Below, in pieces: positions 12,917-25,531 of a stretch of 64,000 bases of DNA. Numbering within the stretch: the first letter of the stretch is position 1; every line of letters begins with the position of its first letter. The notes beneath the pieces were generated by a model. It had not been told where the DNA came from, did not search any database, and saw only the letters and a program-made list of their open reading frames with translations. A program made the translations under genes and the position numbers. The DNA comes from Haliotis rubra (taxonomy: Eukaryota), in assembly GCF_003918875.1 (NCBI RefSeq), contig NW_025766248.1, forward strand, positions 1,054,001 to 1,118,000, written 5' to 3'.

Positions 12917-15900
12917 TTAAAACATTCCAGGCCCACCCCCAAACCCACCCATCCATCCTCGTCCCCTCCCCAAACCTCCCCGGCCACCACCCCCTCTCCT
13001 TCCTCTTCCTGGTCCTGGGAATATGTTGTGGTCAGGCAGAGGTCCAAAGGGGTCAAATCTTGGTTGGGGAAGTAGAGGCTGCAGTGGGTTGCGTCCTCGT
13101 CTCCCAAGTGGATCGGGAACACCTGTTGAGTGGAACACAGTTATAGTAGTTGTTTTGCTACATGTATAGTATATTGATGTATATCGATGCAATATTCCAA
13201 TCCTGTAACCATGGTATCATACCTTTTTAAAGTGTAATTCAATGTTATTCATTGTAGAAACATACTGTATTTGTATTACATTGTTCTGTAGAGGGCAGTG
13301 ATGTCCTAGTTGCTATATTTAGAGTTGGCAAAATGGTCTGGAACCTTCTAGAGCAGCCGGAATATTCCAGCAGAGTCTCACTCAGCATTGTACAGAATGT
13401 TCAGAAGGCAAACTTCTGGGAGCTGACTACATGTATATATAAAAAGTCACACTTTTGCCTCTGTCGCCTCACATTACATCGAGACCAACAGTAGTGCGAA
13501 GATCATTCTTTCACCCTGGATTCCCAGCCTAGGCCTACAATGGTATCTTGACCACTGTTGTAGCTAAATATTGTCATCAGTGTCTCTGCTGCTATAGTTA
13601 CAGTTTTCATATCATATTGCCTTTGTAGTTGTACTGCCCCTGAATCTGTACGGCCATTGCGACTCCCTTGCACAGATGTAAATTGATGTGTAAACTTAGC
13701 TAATTTTAGAACACAATTGTTAATTGTATAACATTTGTATTGTTTGTTGCTTTCACCCAAACATCGATACAATGTATATTTCATCAATACATTATTGGTA
13801 TCCTAAAGTTTAGTTTCCACCAAAAGTGGTCGTTTCCTAAGACTGCATAAAAATATTTATTTTCATCGTCTTAACATTTAAGTTGCTTTGTCAGCAGTTT
13901 GCAGGAACGTATTGGTTGCGCCTCTCAGAAGCATCCTACCTTGGAACTGAGGGTTGAGGTCATAGTCCCCACCCAAAATTCCCCCGTTGTAGGGAGCCAG
14001 GGGGGCAAATGGGGGTTGGGGGTGCTGTTGCATCCACACTTGTCCTGGGGTCAAACACGTCATTTCTCTCATAGCTTTCTGTGCCTCTTTACGACTGCGG
14101 TACTGTGCTTTGTACAGCTGAAAAATCATCACATAAGAAGATGGGACTAAAATATGGCTGAATCCGATAGAGATACAGAACCTGTGATTTTGCAAAAAAC
14201 AAAAATAAAGATATTCTCATGATTTTATCAATATTTTATTCTGATACATATTTAAGGACGGTGGGGTAGCCTCATGGTTGAAGCTTAACCTTTAGACTAA
14301 TCAACAAGTAATCACCCACTGAAGTAAAGCCCTAAAGTTATCATGACAGTCTGCATTTTCTTGAACATGACAACTTCTGTTTCACAGAAAATACAGGGCT
14401 GCAGGAGGGATGTAATGGCTCTGGTACATCGCTCACGATACACCTTACATGAAACATTATCTACCTTACATCGCTCACGATACACCTTACATGACACATT
14501 ATCTACCTTACATCGCTCACGATACACCTTACATGACATATGACGTTTCTCACATGATATCTAGCTTACCTTATACCAGTTCAAGGACAATGAATTGTTC
14601 CCTCGGCCTGTAATGAGAGAATTGTAGCCATAAACGAATATGACAAATAGTTCTCTCATGCCAGTAGATGACACGTGTAGCCAGTCAGTACTAGACATGA
14701 CATCAATACTGATATGGAAATAACTACTTACACTTAAAGATTTTCTACTCTGTTACTCCTTGCTATGCCTACATTCTCACAATGCCTACACTACTGCTCC
14801 CTCTCTGCCTACACTGCTGCTATGCCTACATCCCCACTCTGCCTACATTCTCACAATGCCAACACTACTGCTCCCTCTCTGCCTACACTGCTGCTATGCC
14901 TACATTCCCACAATGCCTACACTACTGCTCCCTCTCTGCCTACACTGCTGCTATGCCTACATCCACACTCTGCCTACATTCTCACAATGCCTACACTACT
15001 GCTCCCTCTCTGCCTACACTGCTGTTATGCCTACATCCCCACTCTGCCTACATTCCCACAATGCCTACACTACTGCTCCCTCCCTGCCTACACTGCTGCT
15101 ATGCCTACATCCCCACTCTGCCTACATTCTCACAATGCCTACACTACTGCTCCCTCCCTGCCTACACTGCTGCTATGCCTACATCCCCACTCTGCCTACA
15201 TTCTCACAATGCCTACACTACCGCTCCCTCTCTGCCAATGCAACCAAACTTCCTATGCTCCTGGGGGGGTGAGACAGCCTAGTGGTTAAAGTGTTTGCTC
15301 GTCATGCCAAAGACCTGGGTTCGATTCCCCACATAGGTACAATATGTGAAGCCCATTTCTGGTGTCCACCACTGTGATACTGCTAAAAGTGGCATAAAAC
15401 TAAACTCACTCCTATGCTCCTACTCTGCCTACACCAATGATGCCTAAATTCCAATGACACCTGCTCTGCCTACATAAGATGTTAAAAAAATGTTTAGTTA
15501 CTGTTACTATCAATATGAATAAACAACAATGAAAAATAATGAATTACATGCAAACATATAAAAACGTCAACTAAAATTTGGATTTTGTTTACATTTTTGG
15601 CCAAACTGAATTCTTGCTCAAATTATGCCCCAAAACGGAAGTATAGTCTGGCCTAACCTTAATGACTGTCCTAGTGCTAGAACAGCTCTGCTGAACAGAG
15701 ACCAGTACTAAGATCTATAAAATGTTGGTAAAATCTATGATTGGGTATAGCCCTGAAATATTTGAATATTGTTGTGAATCAAATTTTTCTTTTCCAGGTC
15801 TTGCATATTATCAGAAACCTTTCATATAAGCCCTAAGGTTTGGATCCACCAACAAAGGAAATCTGATAATTACTTCCAAAGTCGAGGAGGTAGCGCCGCC

Positions 15901-18900
15901 GCCAGACAGCCCTGTCTCTTGCCAGAGAGTGAAAGTGCTGACAAGTTCTGTCCATTTTCAGGAGACTCGCACAGTCAAGGAAGCCAAGAATCCTCAACTA
16001 GATCAGGAGACAAAGCAAACCACATTTTGATTTCATATTGTGGAATGAAATGCTGTTGAGAGTTCATCCAAAACATCATTAACTGCAGTAAAACTTAATC
16101 AACCAGGAAAAATAGTAGAGTTTTAAACTGATGCCAAACCAGAGCTCAATGATAATTCATGATGGCATGTGATACACAATCATATTGCCGTGCTTTATCA
16201 GAATCCCAACTGGCTGCTTTCAAAAATCATCACGACACTGAATCCTTGACGAACAGCAAGCCTCTACCACATAAGACACAGAAACTGTGCATTTTTCTGT
16301 TTATATTAGTTAATACACAATAGGTTGGTAATTGGGATCACCAAGTATCCATGAGTTACCAATATCAGAATTATTACCATGGTATAACTACCTCATTTCT
16401 GACCACTGAATATTTCAGTCAAAAGTTTATCGAGGGCAAGTACATTCTACATGGATCAAAGTACAGAGCATAACTTATATACTTGAGGTTTCAATTTGAG
16501 GTAGCAAGTGTTCGTTTTCAAAAGTTGAAATATGCTTTGACCCCAACAAATCATCACATAACAGGATGACCTTGACCCTCACCTTCAGTTCATGTGTCAA
16601 GGACAGGAGGTTAATCCCCTCAGGATACCCCAACACTGCAAAATACATTATGACTTATAGTAAACACTGATCCATTTCGAGAATAGGACATTTTCCAATG
16701 GCACCTCTAATAATTTTCAAGCCAGTGTTAGATTGATTAAATGTGTGTGTGTCAAGCTTTATTTGTGCAGTGGTTTCTGAGGGGGTTATTGTTACTGTAT
16801 TAGGAAATACATTTTGACCAAACTCAGTAGCATGGTCAAATATTGGTCAAATCTAAATTATTACCAAAGAAAAAGAAACACATTTTGATTCCCATTCATA
16901 AAAATACATTTAATAACATTCTAAACTAAAATGGTTCCCGATGTGCCATAGATGTATATTTCTCTACAGCTGGCAGATGATGGTTTACACAAATAAAATG
17001 ACAGACAAACAGGACATTAGCTTGACTTGACTTTCAATCAGAATTGCTACAAATTTGTTCCCGTAAAGATCCTGGTCAGAATTAAATCTTCAGCAACCCA
17101 TGCTTGTCATACTAATGAGATTGGGCGGTCAGGCTCGCTGACTTGGCTGACACGACATCGTGTCCCAATTGCATACATCGATGCTCATGCTGTCTCATCC
17201 ATTATTTATAGACATAGCTGGAATGTTACTGTGTGTGCTTGAATTATCAATACACTTTTCAGATAAATATAGTATTTCATCACTAAACATATTAAATACA
17301 ATTACAAAAATATCCAACATGACCTAAATATATAAAGTTTATCGACTGTAAGGTACAACATGATACAATCACCTGTCCTCATGTCTTTGAGCAGCGGCAG
17401 CCCGACATGGTTCTTTACATTACGAGAGATTTTCTTCAGGTTCTTGTAGCACTTGGCTGGCCCTGCATCCAGAAGCACAACATAACAAAATCTATAAAGA
17501 AAGTTAATATCCATGATGCACACATCTGTGAATCTGTGCTGGTGTGTGGTTCTGAGCGTAGAGCTCAGGTCACAAATCAGTTGAAGTTAAGCAACGTTGG
17601 GAGTGGAGAGTCTTTGGATCGGTGACCGTGTATGGCAGCTTGACTCCTGTGAGTTTCTAGGACTTCAGTCATGCCCCACAACGAAGCACATGTGATACAT
17701 GTGGTCTCACCTTAGGCAAGTGAGTTTGTTCAAAATTGCCTCTGGTACCCAGTGAGATAAGTCATGTGACTATTAACCTTCTGGCGCCTCACAGGCAGCT
17801 TGGGTTATCCGGGGTAATAATAATCAGATTCTGATTACAGCGTCCAGTGAGCAACTAATCAGATGGATACTAGGCGCTATATAAATGAATTATTACTATT
17901 ATCATTATTATTATTATTAATCTTCAAACACAGAGTACAGTCTATGGCCTTTTTTATTCATCAGTTGTTTTACAGATTTATTTTTCTGTATGATTATCAG
18001 TTTAATGATTTTTTTGGTATCTTTTCCTGGTCAGCAACAAAGTCATAATTTAATCCACACTAATCACATTCATAATAAGAGGTGTCAGATGAAACTAAAA
18101 CATTTTTTATATTAGTTCGGCCAGACCAATTTCATTTGTTGTTTTACAGATTTTTGTCCTCAGAAATCCTAAAGGCAGGAGGGAAATTTTTTTTTAAAAA
18201 TCACCAGTCAAAGTAATATTCCTTCTAAATACTTGAAGTATTTTACTTTTGGCAATTTATGAAGTGTATATGGGGCAAAAAACATCTAAAAAACATTTTT
18301 CTTGTAAGTTTACATTTTTGGCCAATAAAAACATTAGGATTTTATTTTTTGAGCAGGGAAAGTTGATTTTTATTTTTTTCTTATTCTTGAAAAAATATGA
18401 CAGGTGTATACGTAAAACAAGAAATAAAATTGGTCTGGCCTTACATGGCAATGACACTATATTTTAAAGACAATACTGAAACCAGGCACCTGAAAATGGA
18501 ATTTTTTTATTGTATCTAGATCATGAGAGTTGAAACATATTTACCACTTTTCGTGTCTCCAGTCAAATAATCGCTGGGCTTGAGAATCACTTTGTATGTA
18601 CAGGAATCCATCTCATTGCCAACAATGTAACCTACAAAATGAATCGTGAGTGAGTGAGTATTTTTACACCACTTTTAGCAATATTCCAGCAATATCACTG
18701 TGGGTTACACCAGAAATGAGCTTCACACATTATACCCATGTGGGCTACCGGGTCGAACCCGGGTCTTTGGCCTGATGAGCAAACACTTTAACCACAAGGC
18801 TACCCTACCGTCTCGATTCAAGAGAGAACAAACAGTAAATGTCTGTGACAAATAATAGGACTGCATGGAATTACTGGTATACCTCCATATGCCTCTCAAA

Positions 18901-21900
18901 CGATACTTATTGCAATGTTGTTTTAATGAAAACACATACTGGGTCCAAATAATGTTGGAAGTTTTGTGATTATCTCTCGGTTAAAGTTAAATTCTACATA
19001 CTTTTCATTCACAACTGATGTTTCCCTTTGTAATTAGTTGAAAAGGGCATAATTTTCATGCCTAACTATCCAACCTAATTTTGAGATTGCTGTCATCAGA
19101 ACTGTAGCCTATATTTTTAGGGCTTTAGTATGCAGGAAATAGGACCAGCTTGTACCTGCAGTGTCACTTGTCAAACACTTCAGCTCCCAATATATGGCAA
19201 TAGATAACGCAATATGGGTCCCTGAATCTTCATATGTTTCAATTTAATTTATTTGCCAATACACAGCCCTTGTAAATAATGAAATATGATTTTACACTTT
19301 CTAGCAGTACACACGAGAAATGCCAGACATGCCCCATGACCACAGTCAATAGGAAAAATCTGCTCCAATCCAACTATTGCGATAGCGATAGTCTATTGCA
19401 AAATACTATTGCGACCTACTATTGCGATAGTTATTTCTCTCCTTGAATTGTATCATCTAAAAGTCGTTTCCAAAATGAATGTATAATTTATATGAAATAA
19501 AAACAAGTTGAAGTAGTGTCAGTCTCTTTTAATAACTGACAGGAAACTTGAAACCCAGATCCAGCGCTGTTATTCACAATTTCAAACTCTGAGTCACATG
19601 CTGTGTTTGTCACCATGTTTGTTTAAGGGGCAACAGGGGCGGATAACTTTACATCAAAGTGAACGAATCTGGTACTTCCTGTATTTTGCGCTGCGCATTT
19701 ATCAACGGAAGTCAATTACTAAACTATCGATAGTAACACATACTATTGATGCATCGATAGTTTTTCATTTCTACCATCAATTGCTATTGGAGACTCAACA
19801 ATTGCAATCCATCGATAGTTTGATGCATTGTTATAGCCCTAATGTTTACAATTGAACCAGTGGGCTTTTGTGTAACAAGTGAACACTTTTAACAACAAAA
19901 CCATGTCACCTGCCAGTATCATCACTACACTTACGGTTTGCATGGATTTTCTTAAACTTGTCTTTTTTAAGCTATAATGACAAGATTGACCTCAGATGCG
20001 TATCCAGTGTGTGTGTGTGTGTGTGTGCGTGTGTGGTTTGCAGGGGTGTGCACACCGCTTTTGTCCTGAAAGTTTATTAAATGACTACTGGAATTCTTGT
20101 GGTCTCTCTTCAACTTACATGTTTAAGGTATAGATATTTCACTTGTAAGTGAGTTTACATACCGTGTACAATGAGGAACGATCCCATCACTACTCCGGTC
20201 ACTGAACTGACCACTCCATCCGACTCCGGGAGACGATACCTGGTGTTGTAGACCGTTGGCTGCTTCCAGTGGTCTGGCATTGAACTTCCACTGTCATCTC
20301 CCTGGAATGTCACAAACTGGACTTGTTGTAATGATTAACAATGCATTAAAAATGCATGTTATATTTAAAAACCAACACTTTAAGATATATTAAAGGATCA
20401 CGTATGATACAGGCCAATTTAGGACTACTGAAAGAATGGTGTCCAGTTTCTGTCCTTGCAGAAATCGGCTGGAATTTTGGAGTTATGTTGTGGCTGGAGA
20501 AACAAGTTTTTGTATAGACCGGTACCAGGCAAAATTGTACAACAAACTGACATCCAGTTTGTGCAGTTATGGGCAGATTACATCACTTGCAAAATGTGTG
20601 CTGTCAAATGGACATAGTTAGATATTTTCTGAAGGAGCAAAGTATGCATTTTGTGGGTTAAGACCCATTTTGTTTGATGTAAATCCAAGTACTTTGAAAG
20701 GTGCTAGGTTAATTGGAGGGATATAGAAGGAACACAACTAAAAATATCCACTGACGCTACTGTGATATGGCAGCGATATGGCAGCGAAATACCAGTTTAG
20801 TTCGAGTGTGGAAACTGGATTTATTTATCAGTCAGCTCCCTTGCTTTGGGAAAATGGTGTACACTTACTGTGGAGGAAGTGATGCATGTGTAAAACATTA
20901 AACACCATGGTGAAACTCCTCACTAGGGTATGGTGCTTACAAACCCAGAAACATTAATATGGCAAATCAGAGTTTGAACCCATTATCATAGGTTTGAGCC
21001 AGGCATGCTGAAAGGGATGCATCTGGTTCCAAGAAACAAGACATTGCTATATTAAACCAAACAGTCATGTTGACTGTTTTGTTACCTGAGTGGGCTTGAA
21101 TCCTGCCTCCAACATTAAATTGTGTATCACAACCCACAACAAGTCATTCTGATCTTCACATTGAACAGATTCATACAACTGGGCCAGTAAGACAGGAACA
21201 ATGTCAGTTGTTGACTCACAACATTGTAGTGGCTCTTGTAAGCACCGATTCACAACAGGATCGTTATTGCTGTTTCCATCCATATTGCTGGTTCCTTCCA
21301 TGGGATCATCTTCAACTGGAGCATCCAGAACTTCAGAGCTATGGCTTATGCTTGTAGATGTAGCATATGTGTCTGATGCTGACACCACACTGGAGGCACT
21401 GGTGAGTATTGTACTGGTGTCACTAGAGTGAGGAGTAGCCTCCCTTTGAATTGGCTGACTGGTAGGTGTAACCTCCCTTGGTTGACCTACTGTGGTTCCT
21501 CCATGAACCAGGACATGGATGAGGTCCCCTGACACAATACCAAAGTCATCTAGCACCGTTTCATCGCCTTCCAGAATGTCTTTCTTGTTCAAACTTAGGT
21601 CAAAAGATCTGTGGATAAAAAACATGTAGCTATTTTGTCTTCTTCAAGAAATTCGAGGTTGGCGCAATAATTCAAGTGAGTCAGTGAGTTAATATTTAAC
21701 GTCACATCGGCAATATTTAATAATTCAAGATAAGATATACAATCGAGTCCAGTAATTCCGCGCGTCCGGTAATTCTGCGCAGCTGCAATAGTGTACTTCG
21801 AAGGTAAAATCGTCTGCTACCACATTTACACTTGAAATCGGGACATTTCTACAAGGGACTAGCTTTTAATCACAAAAGGTAAGTAAATAACAGGGTTGAC

Positions 21901-22747
21901 AGATAAATTGACAGTTTTATGAAAATTCGTTTTCTTCAGATTTTTAAACCTTTTTTTGCATTATTCATAATTCCATGGATTTAATATGAAACACTCTTCC
22001 TTACATTGATGAAGTGATTTTTGAAAATAATCTGGCTTCCATACTTCGGATCTCCAGCTGGATGTTATGCGCATCAGTTGCTGCGCAGAAATACCGGACA
22101 GCACGCAATGTCGTCAGAACGCCGGTGAGGTCAACCGTATGGCATAATGCAACGTTAGAATCTTATAGTCGTCCACAAAAAATAAGAGACATTAGTTGCC
22201 GTGTTGCGATCGATGTGCTTAGGTGCGCGGAATTACCGGATGGCAATGTATGGATAACAACTTCTTCAGATTGAATCTTACACCCCACCTCATACTTGTA
22301 TTTATGAACTTCTTGTGGTGTGTATCTACAAAATTTTCATGTAAAAAGTCAAGATGAATACATGTATCTTGCTATATTTTATTGCTTAGAAATTAACCTA
22401 TAGCATACAGAATCATCTACATGATTACAATCATCTCAGTGTCTTAAACAAAAACTCGTCATTCACCATATCATTAATAATCATATTTATAAAATAATAT
22501 CCCCAAATTAATTAATTATTAGCTGGTGTATACTGATGGTCGGTGCTCAAGAGGTATATGTATCTTGTTTTAACTTTCAATGACAATGAGAAGTAATATT
22601 TCTACCCAAAGATAACTCTTACTCGTGATTTAAACCAAGCTCTGTTGTGACATTCTGCTTCAGTACGGCAAATGAAATGTCCTTCGCACCACCGTCTCCC
22701 AAACTGACTGTCTTCGTCGCACCCTGTATCCGAACCCGCACTTTCAT
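12917..22747 (-). CDS. FBXO7: F-box only protein 7, complete, 10 exons, 520 aa
   Basis: Exons (minus) 22747-22623, 21608-21086, 20301-20163, 18631-18545, 17462-17373, 16635-16583, 15997-15874, 14607-14570, 14117-13940, 13122-12917, all GT-AG with consistent phases, total 1563 nt. Domains: Ubl (MKVRVRI...FGIVSGDLI), FP/PI31 (IHNLMLEAGF...MPDHWK), F-box (LLSLTHELKLRILGFLD...VWRRRYLLDF) and Pro-rich tail (GILGGDYDLNP, PRFDPFGPLP). Confidence 0.93.
14425..14540. repeat. 42-bp tandem repeat, about 2.7 copies, FBXO7 intron
   Basis: Unit TTACATCGCTCACGATACACCTTACATGACACATTATCTACC. Confidence 0.85.
14760..15240. repeat. Minisatellite (~74-bp unit built from TGCCTACA sub-repeats), FBXO7 intron
   Basis: About 6-7 higher-order copies; accounts for the three overlapping repetitive ORFs at 14760-15289. 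Confidence 0.9.
15263..15409 (+). mobile_element. tRNA-derived SINE family A with 12-bp TSD
   Basis: A-box TAGTGGTTAAAG, B-box GGGTTCGATTCCC; TSD TCCTATGCTCCT at 15251-15262 and 15410-15421. Confidence 0.85.
17060..17240 (+). mobile_element. Short retroelement family B, degenerate
   Basis: CCCGTAAAGATCCTGG...CTTCAGCAACCCATGCTTGTC...GGTCAGGCTCGCTGACTTGG match. Confidence 0.7.
17543..17921 (+). mobile_element. 5S rRNA-derived SINE (SINE3-type) with L2-like tail
   Basis: The head has the 5S internal-promoter-like GAAGTTAAGCAACGT and TGGATCGGTGACCG, then a central AGGCAAGTGAGTTTGTTC.AAATTGCC block and a tail GAGCA...GGCGCTATATAAAT(ATT)n. A second copy is on the minus strand at 35811-36170. Confidence 0.7.
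18119..18441. mobile_element. MITE with GGCCAGACCAATTT terminal inverted repeats
   Basis: GGCCAGACCAATTTCATTT ... AAATAAAATTGGTCTGGCC; a similar AGGCCACAC...GTGTGACCT element lies at about 24490-24895. Confidence 0.55.
18647..18812 (-). mobile_element. tRNA-derived SINE family A
   Basis: Reverse-strand match including the (TCAC)n tail. Confidence 0.75.
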
Positions 22748-22794
22748 TTTGTTTCTGTTCTGCTGTCATGTGGGTTTGTTTGCAAATTTACAAA

Positions 22795-22802
22795 ACTTCC
22801 GG
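22795..22802 (-). promoter_or_regulatory. ETS/GABP-type CCGGAAGT motif at the FBXO7 start
   Basis: ACTTCCGG 48 bp upstream of the FBXO7 ATG, typical of housekeeping promoters. Confidence 0.35.
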
Positions 22803-24911
22803 TGTATTTTAACTGGTTCCTCTTTCACAGTGCGCATCCTTTTAATAGACAGGAGCCCAGTCATATAACATAACAAACTCACAAATATAAGAGTAATCAA
22901 GGGGAAATAAGCGTGTAGCATTTGCCGTATACTTCTTTTAGGTATCATTAATTCGTTTATGTCCACTTGAGTCAATACGTTACATGCAATACAGTAGCTA
23001 ATTTTTAATAACTATTTTGCATTAATTTCAGATTACAAAGCAGTCATCTTCACTGCTGTATCAATAATATCTCATTTCAGACTGCATAAGATATTTCAGC
23101 AGGTGTAAGAAAAGTAACATAATCAAAGCTCTTCTCTTTGGTTAAGCGATTCACATTGGGTAAGTCCACCTAGGCCTCAGTGTAGCTTGATCATCTATCA
23201 GTCAATTTGAAGCTTAGGTGTATTAATGATTGGCTGGGTTTGAACTGGGTGTCCTACATTTAAACCCTTTGTGTTCACATCTGCATTTTCTCACTGGCAT
23301 CCCACACTGCAGTGGTAGACAGGTACAGGATTAGCAATTGAAGGGGTTGGAGCGACATTGTCATTTGCACGGACCACAACTACCCCCGTCTTATTCACAG
23401 GGGTGTCAGTTAGTCTGTCTGCAAAGCCCCTAAACCACAGTCCCTTAACCACATTATTTACCCCATGCCTAGTCCTCCCTGCAATGCTAAAGCCCTAAAC
23501 CAAGCAACCAGGGTTTCTTTTCAATTTAAATTGGTCTATTTGTTACTATCGAAATTATATGTATTCAGGGACTAAACGTTAGTCTCGGGTGTCAGTTTGT
23601 CTGTAGATTTGCCATGGCTGCTTCCTTCACCTGGAAAGTATAAGAACAATTACAATTACAATAAACACAGAGATTAAACAATTAAGTGATCAATTACCGC
23701 TTAATTAGTTAACGAGGCACTTCTTAATTAAGGTTACACAATGTTTGTAATCACGTTTTGATTAGTATTTAACGAGCCAATTAAAGGATAAGTGGTAAAT
23801 TTTACCATCTTACCTTCATCTTCACTTGTGCCTCCTGAAGTTTACCAGGCACTATGGGATGGGCGTGTGGTGAAGAGCCCTTAGTAAAGGTGTCCTTGAT
23901 AAATATTACATGATACGTTATAATGTTTACATTATATTTACAACATCACATTACAAAGTATATATTCAGTAATAATAACAATGAATTACTATTATTTACT
24001 ATAATAATAGATATTATCATTACTTATTGTCATGTTATCAAAACACTACCCAATGATCAAAGGGTCTTGAAATAACATCTAAAAGTATTAATTAAGAAAT
24101 CATTGCGAGAGTAATTAAACAGCTCAAAGTATTACATAAGAAAACATCTCAAAGTACAGGATAAAAAAACCCATCTCAAAATATTAAATAAGTAACAATC
24201 TCAGATGTAAGTATCAATTAAGAAAGCATTTAAAAAACAACACTCATTAATATGAAAAAAAGTAATGTATGGCCATTTTGACTTTTTCTATGCCCATTTT
24301 GACTTTTTGGTATGGCCATTTTGATTAGGGGATGTGGCCATTTTGACTTTTTGTGTGGTCATTTTTTCGTGTGGCCATTTTGACCTGTTCCCCAGTTTGT
24401 CAATACTGAAAACAGCACAGTAATAAACAGACCTTACACCCTAGCCAGTGTCATCGTGGTTACTACACCATCACACATTGATTTCAGTGAGGCCACACTT
24501 TATTATTACATGGTTTACGGACCAGCCGACCGTAATTTTTGCTAAAGTGGGGAAAAAAATAATCAAATTTACATTTTTTATTTTTTAAATACCGCCGATG
24601 AATAAAATCAAAACAAATAATTTAAAAATCTACTTTATTGAAATCGACCTTCTGTTACGAATTTACGACCTTCTGTTTTTGCAAAACAAAATTTTAAATA
24701 ATGAAACAAATGAAATCGCCGAATTAACGTTACCGAGTGAAAATGCTGAAACAAAACGATAGGTAAAGGGAGGCTACTCTCTCTTTTGACTGACATCTAG
24801 AAAAAAATAATCTGAAATAGCCTTTTTTTCACCACCTACCGATAGGGATATTGCAGTACAAATTCCGTAAACCAGCTAGTGAAAACGTGTGACCTTATAT
24901 TCGTATGTTTA

Positions 24912-25065
24912 GGTTATGAGTCAGTTATCACAGTCGCAGATTTACAAAACAAACCACGAACACAACACCTGTTAAAATCAGTGATATGTATATCACTGAT
25001 TTTAACAGGTGTTGTGTTCGTGGTTTGTTTTGTAAAATTGCGACTGTAATAACTGACTCATAACC
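24912..25065. repeat. Near-perfect 154-bp palindrome (76-bp arms, 2-nt spacer)
   Basis: GGTTATGAGTCAGTTAT...AAAATCAGTGATAT-GT-ATATCACTGATTTT...ATAACTGACTCATAACC, with about 3 mismatches. Confidence 0.9.
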
Positions 25066-25531
25066 AATTCGATGCCATAGCTTGACTTTAATTCCGTTCA
25101 CCTTGGCTCAGTTTGGAATATGAGGCAGCGTCCTGACACGCTGGGTTGTTTTGTTTAAACATAAGGCGGTTCCATAAAAGCTGGGGTAAGAAAATTATTT
25201 GCAAGACCGCAAACCATGTTCGGAATGTTGTACATTTGTGCAAAAAGCCCTAATTGTCTGATTCTTAATGTCTAATACACCGTCTGTTGTACATTATGCG
25301 AATTTTGTCAATTACTAAACATTTCAGATAAAACTATATTATACGAAATACACAGTAAGAAGTATTTTATGCGACATTCGATAGAAACTGCAGCCAATTT
25401 TTTTACGTGTAGATAACGTTGGATGCTTCAACTGGCAATAGACTAAAATGAATATTGGGATAGAAATCCATAAATGAAGTATTTCCGTGTTACCGGTACT
25501 GTGACCTTGAACTTCATTGATAACAAGCATC

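Noticed and set aside
14760-15289. Three overlapping ~170-aa ORFs
   Set aside because: Minisatellite inside an FBXO7 intron on the opposite strand.
17543-17640. Functional 5S rRNA gene
   Set aside because: Only the internal promoter region resembles 5S; it lacks the 5S 3' end and T-run terminator and continues into a SINE body.
25404-25409. TACGTG hypoxia response element upstream of PGK
   Set aside because: A single hexamer is expected by chance; plausible but unsupported without conservation data.
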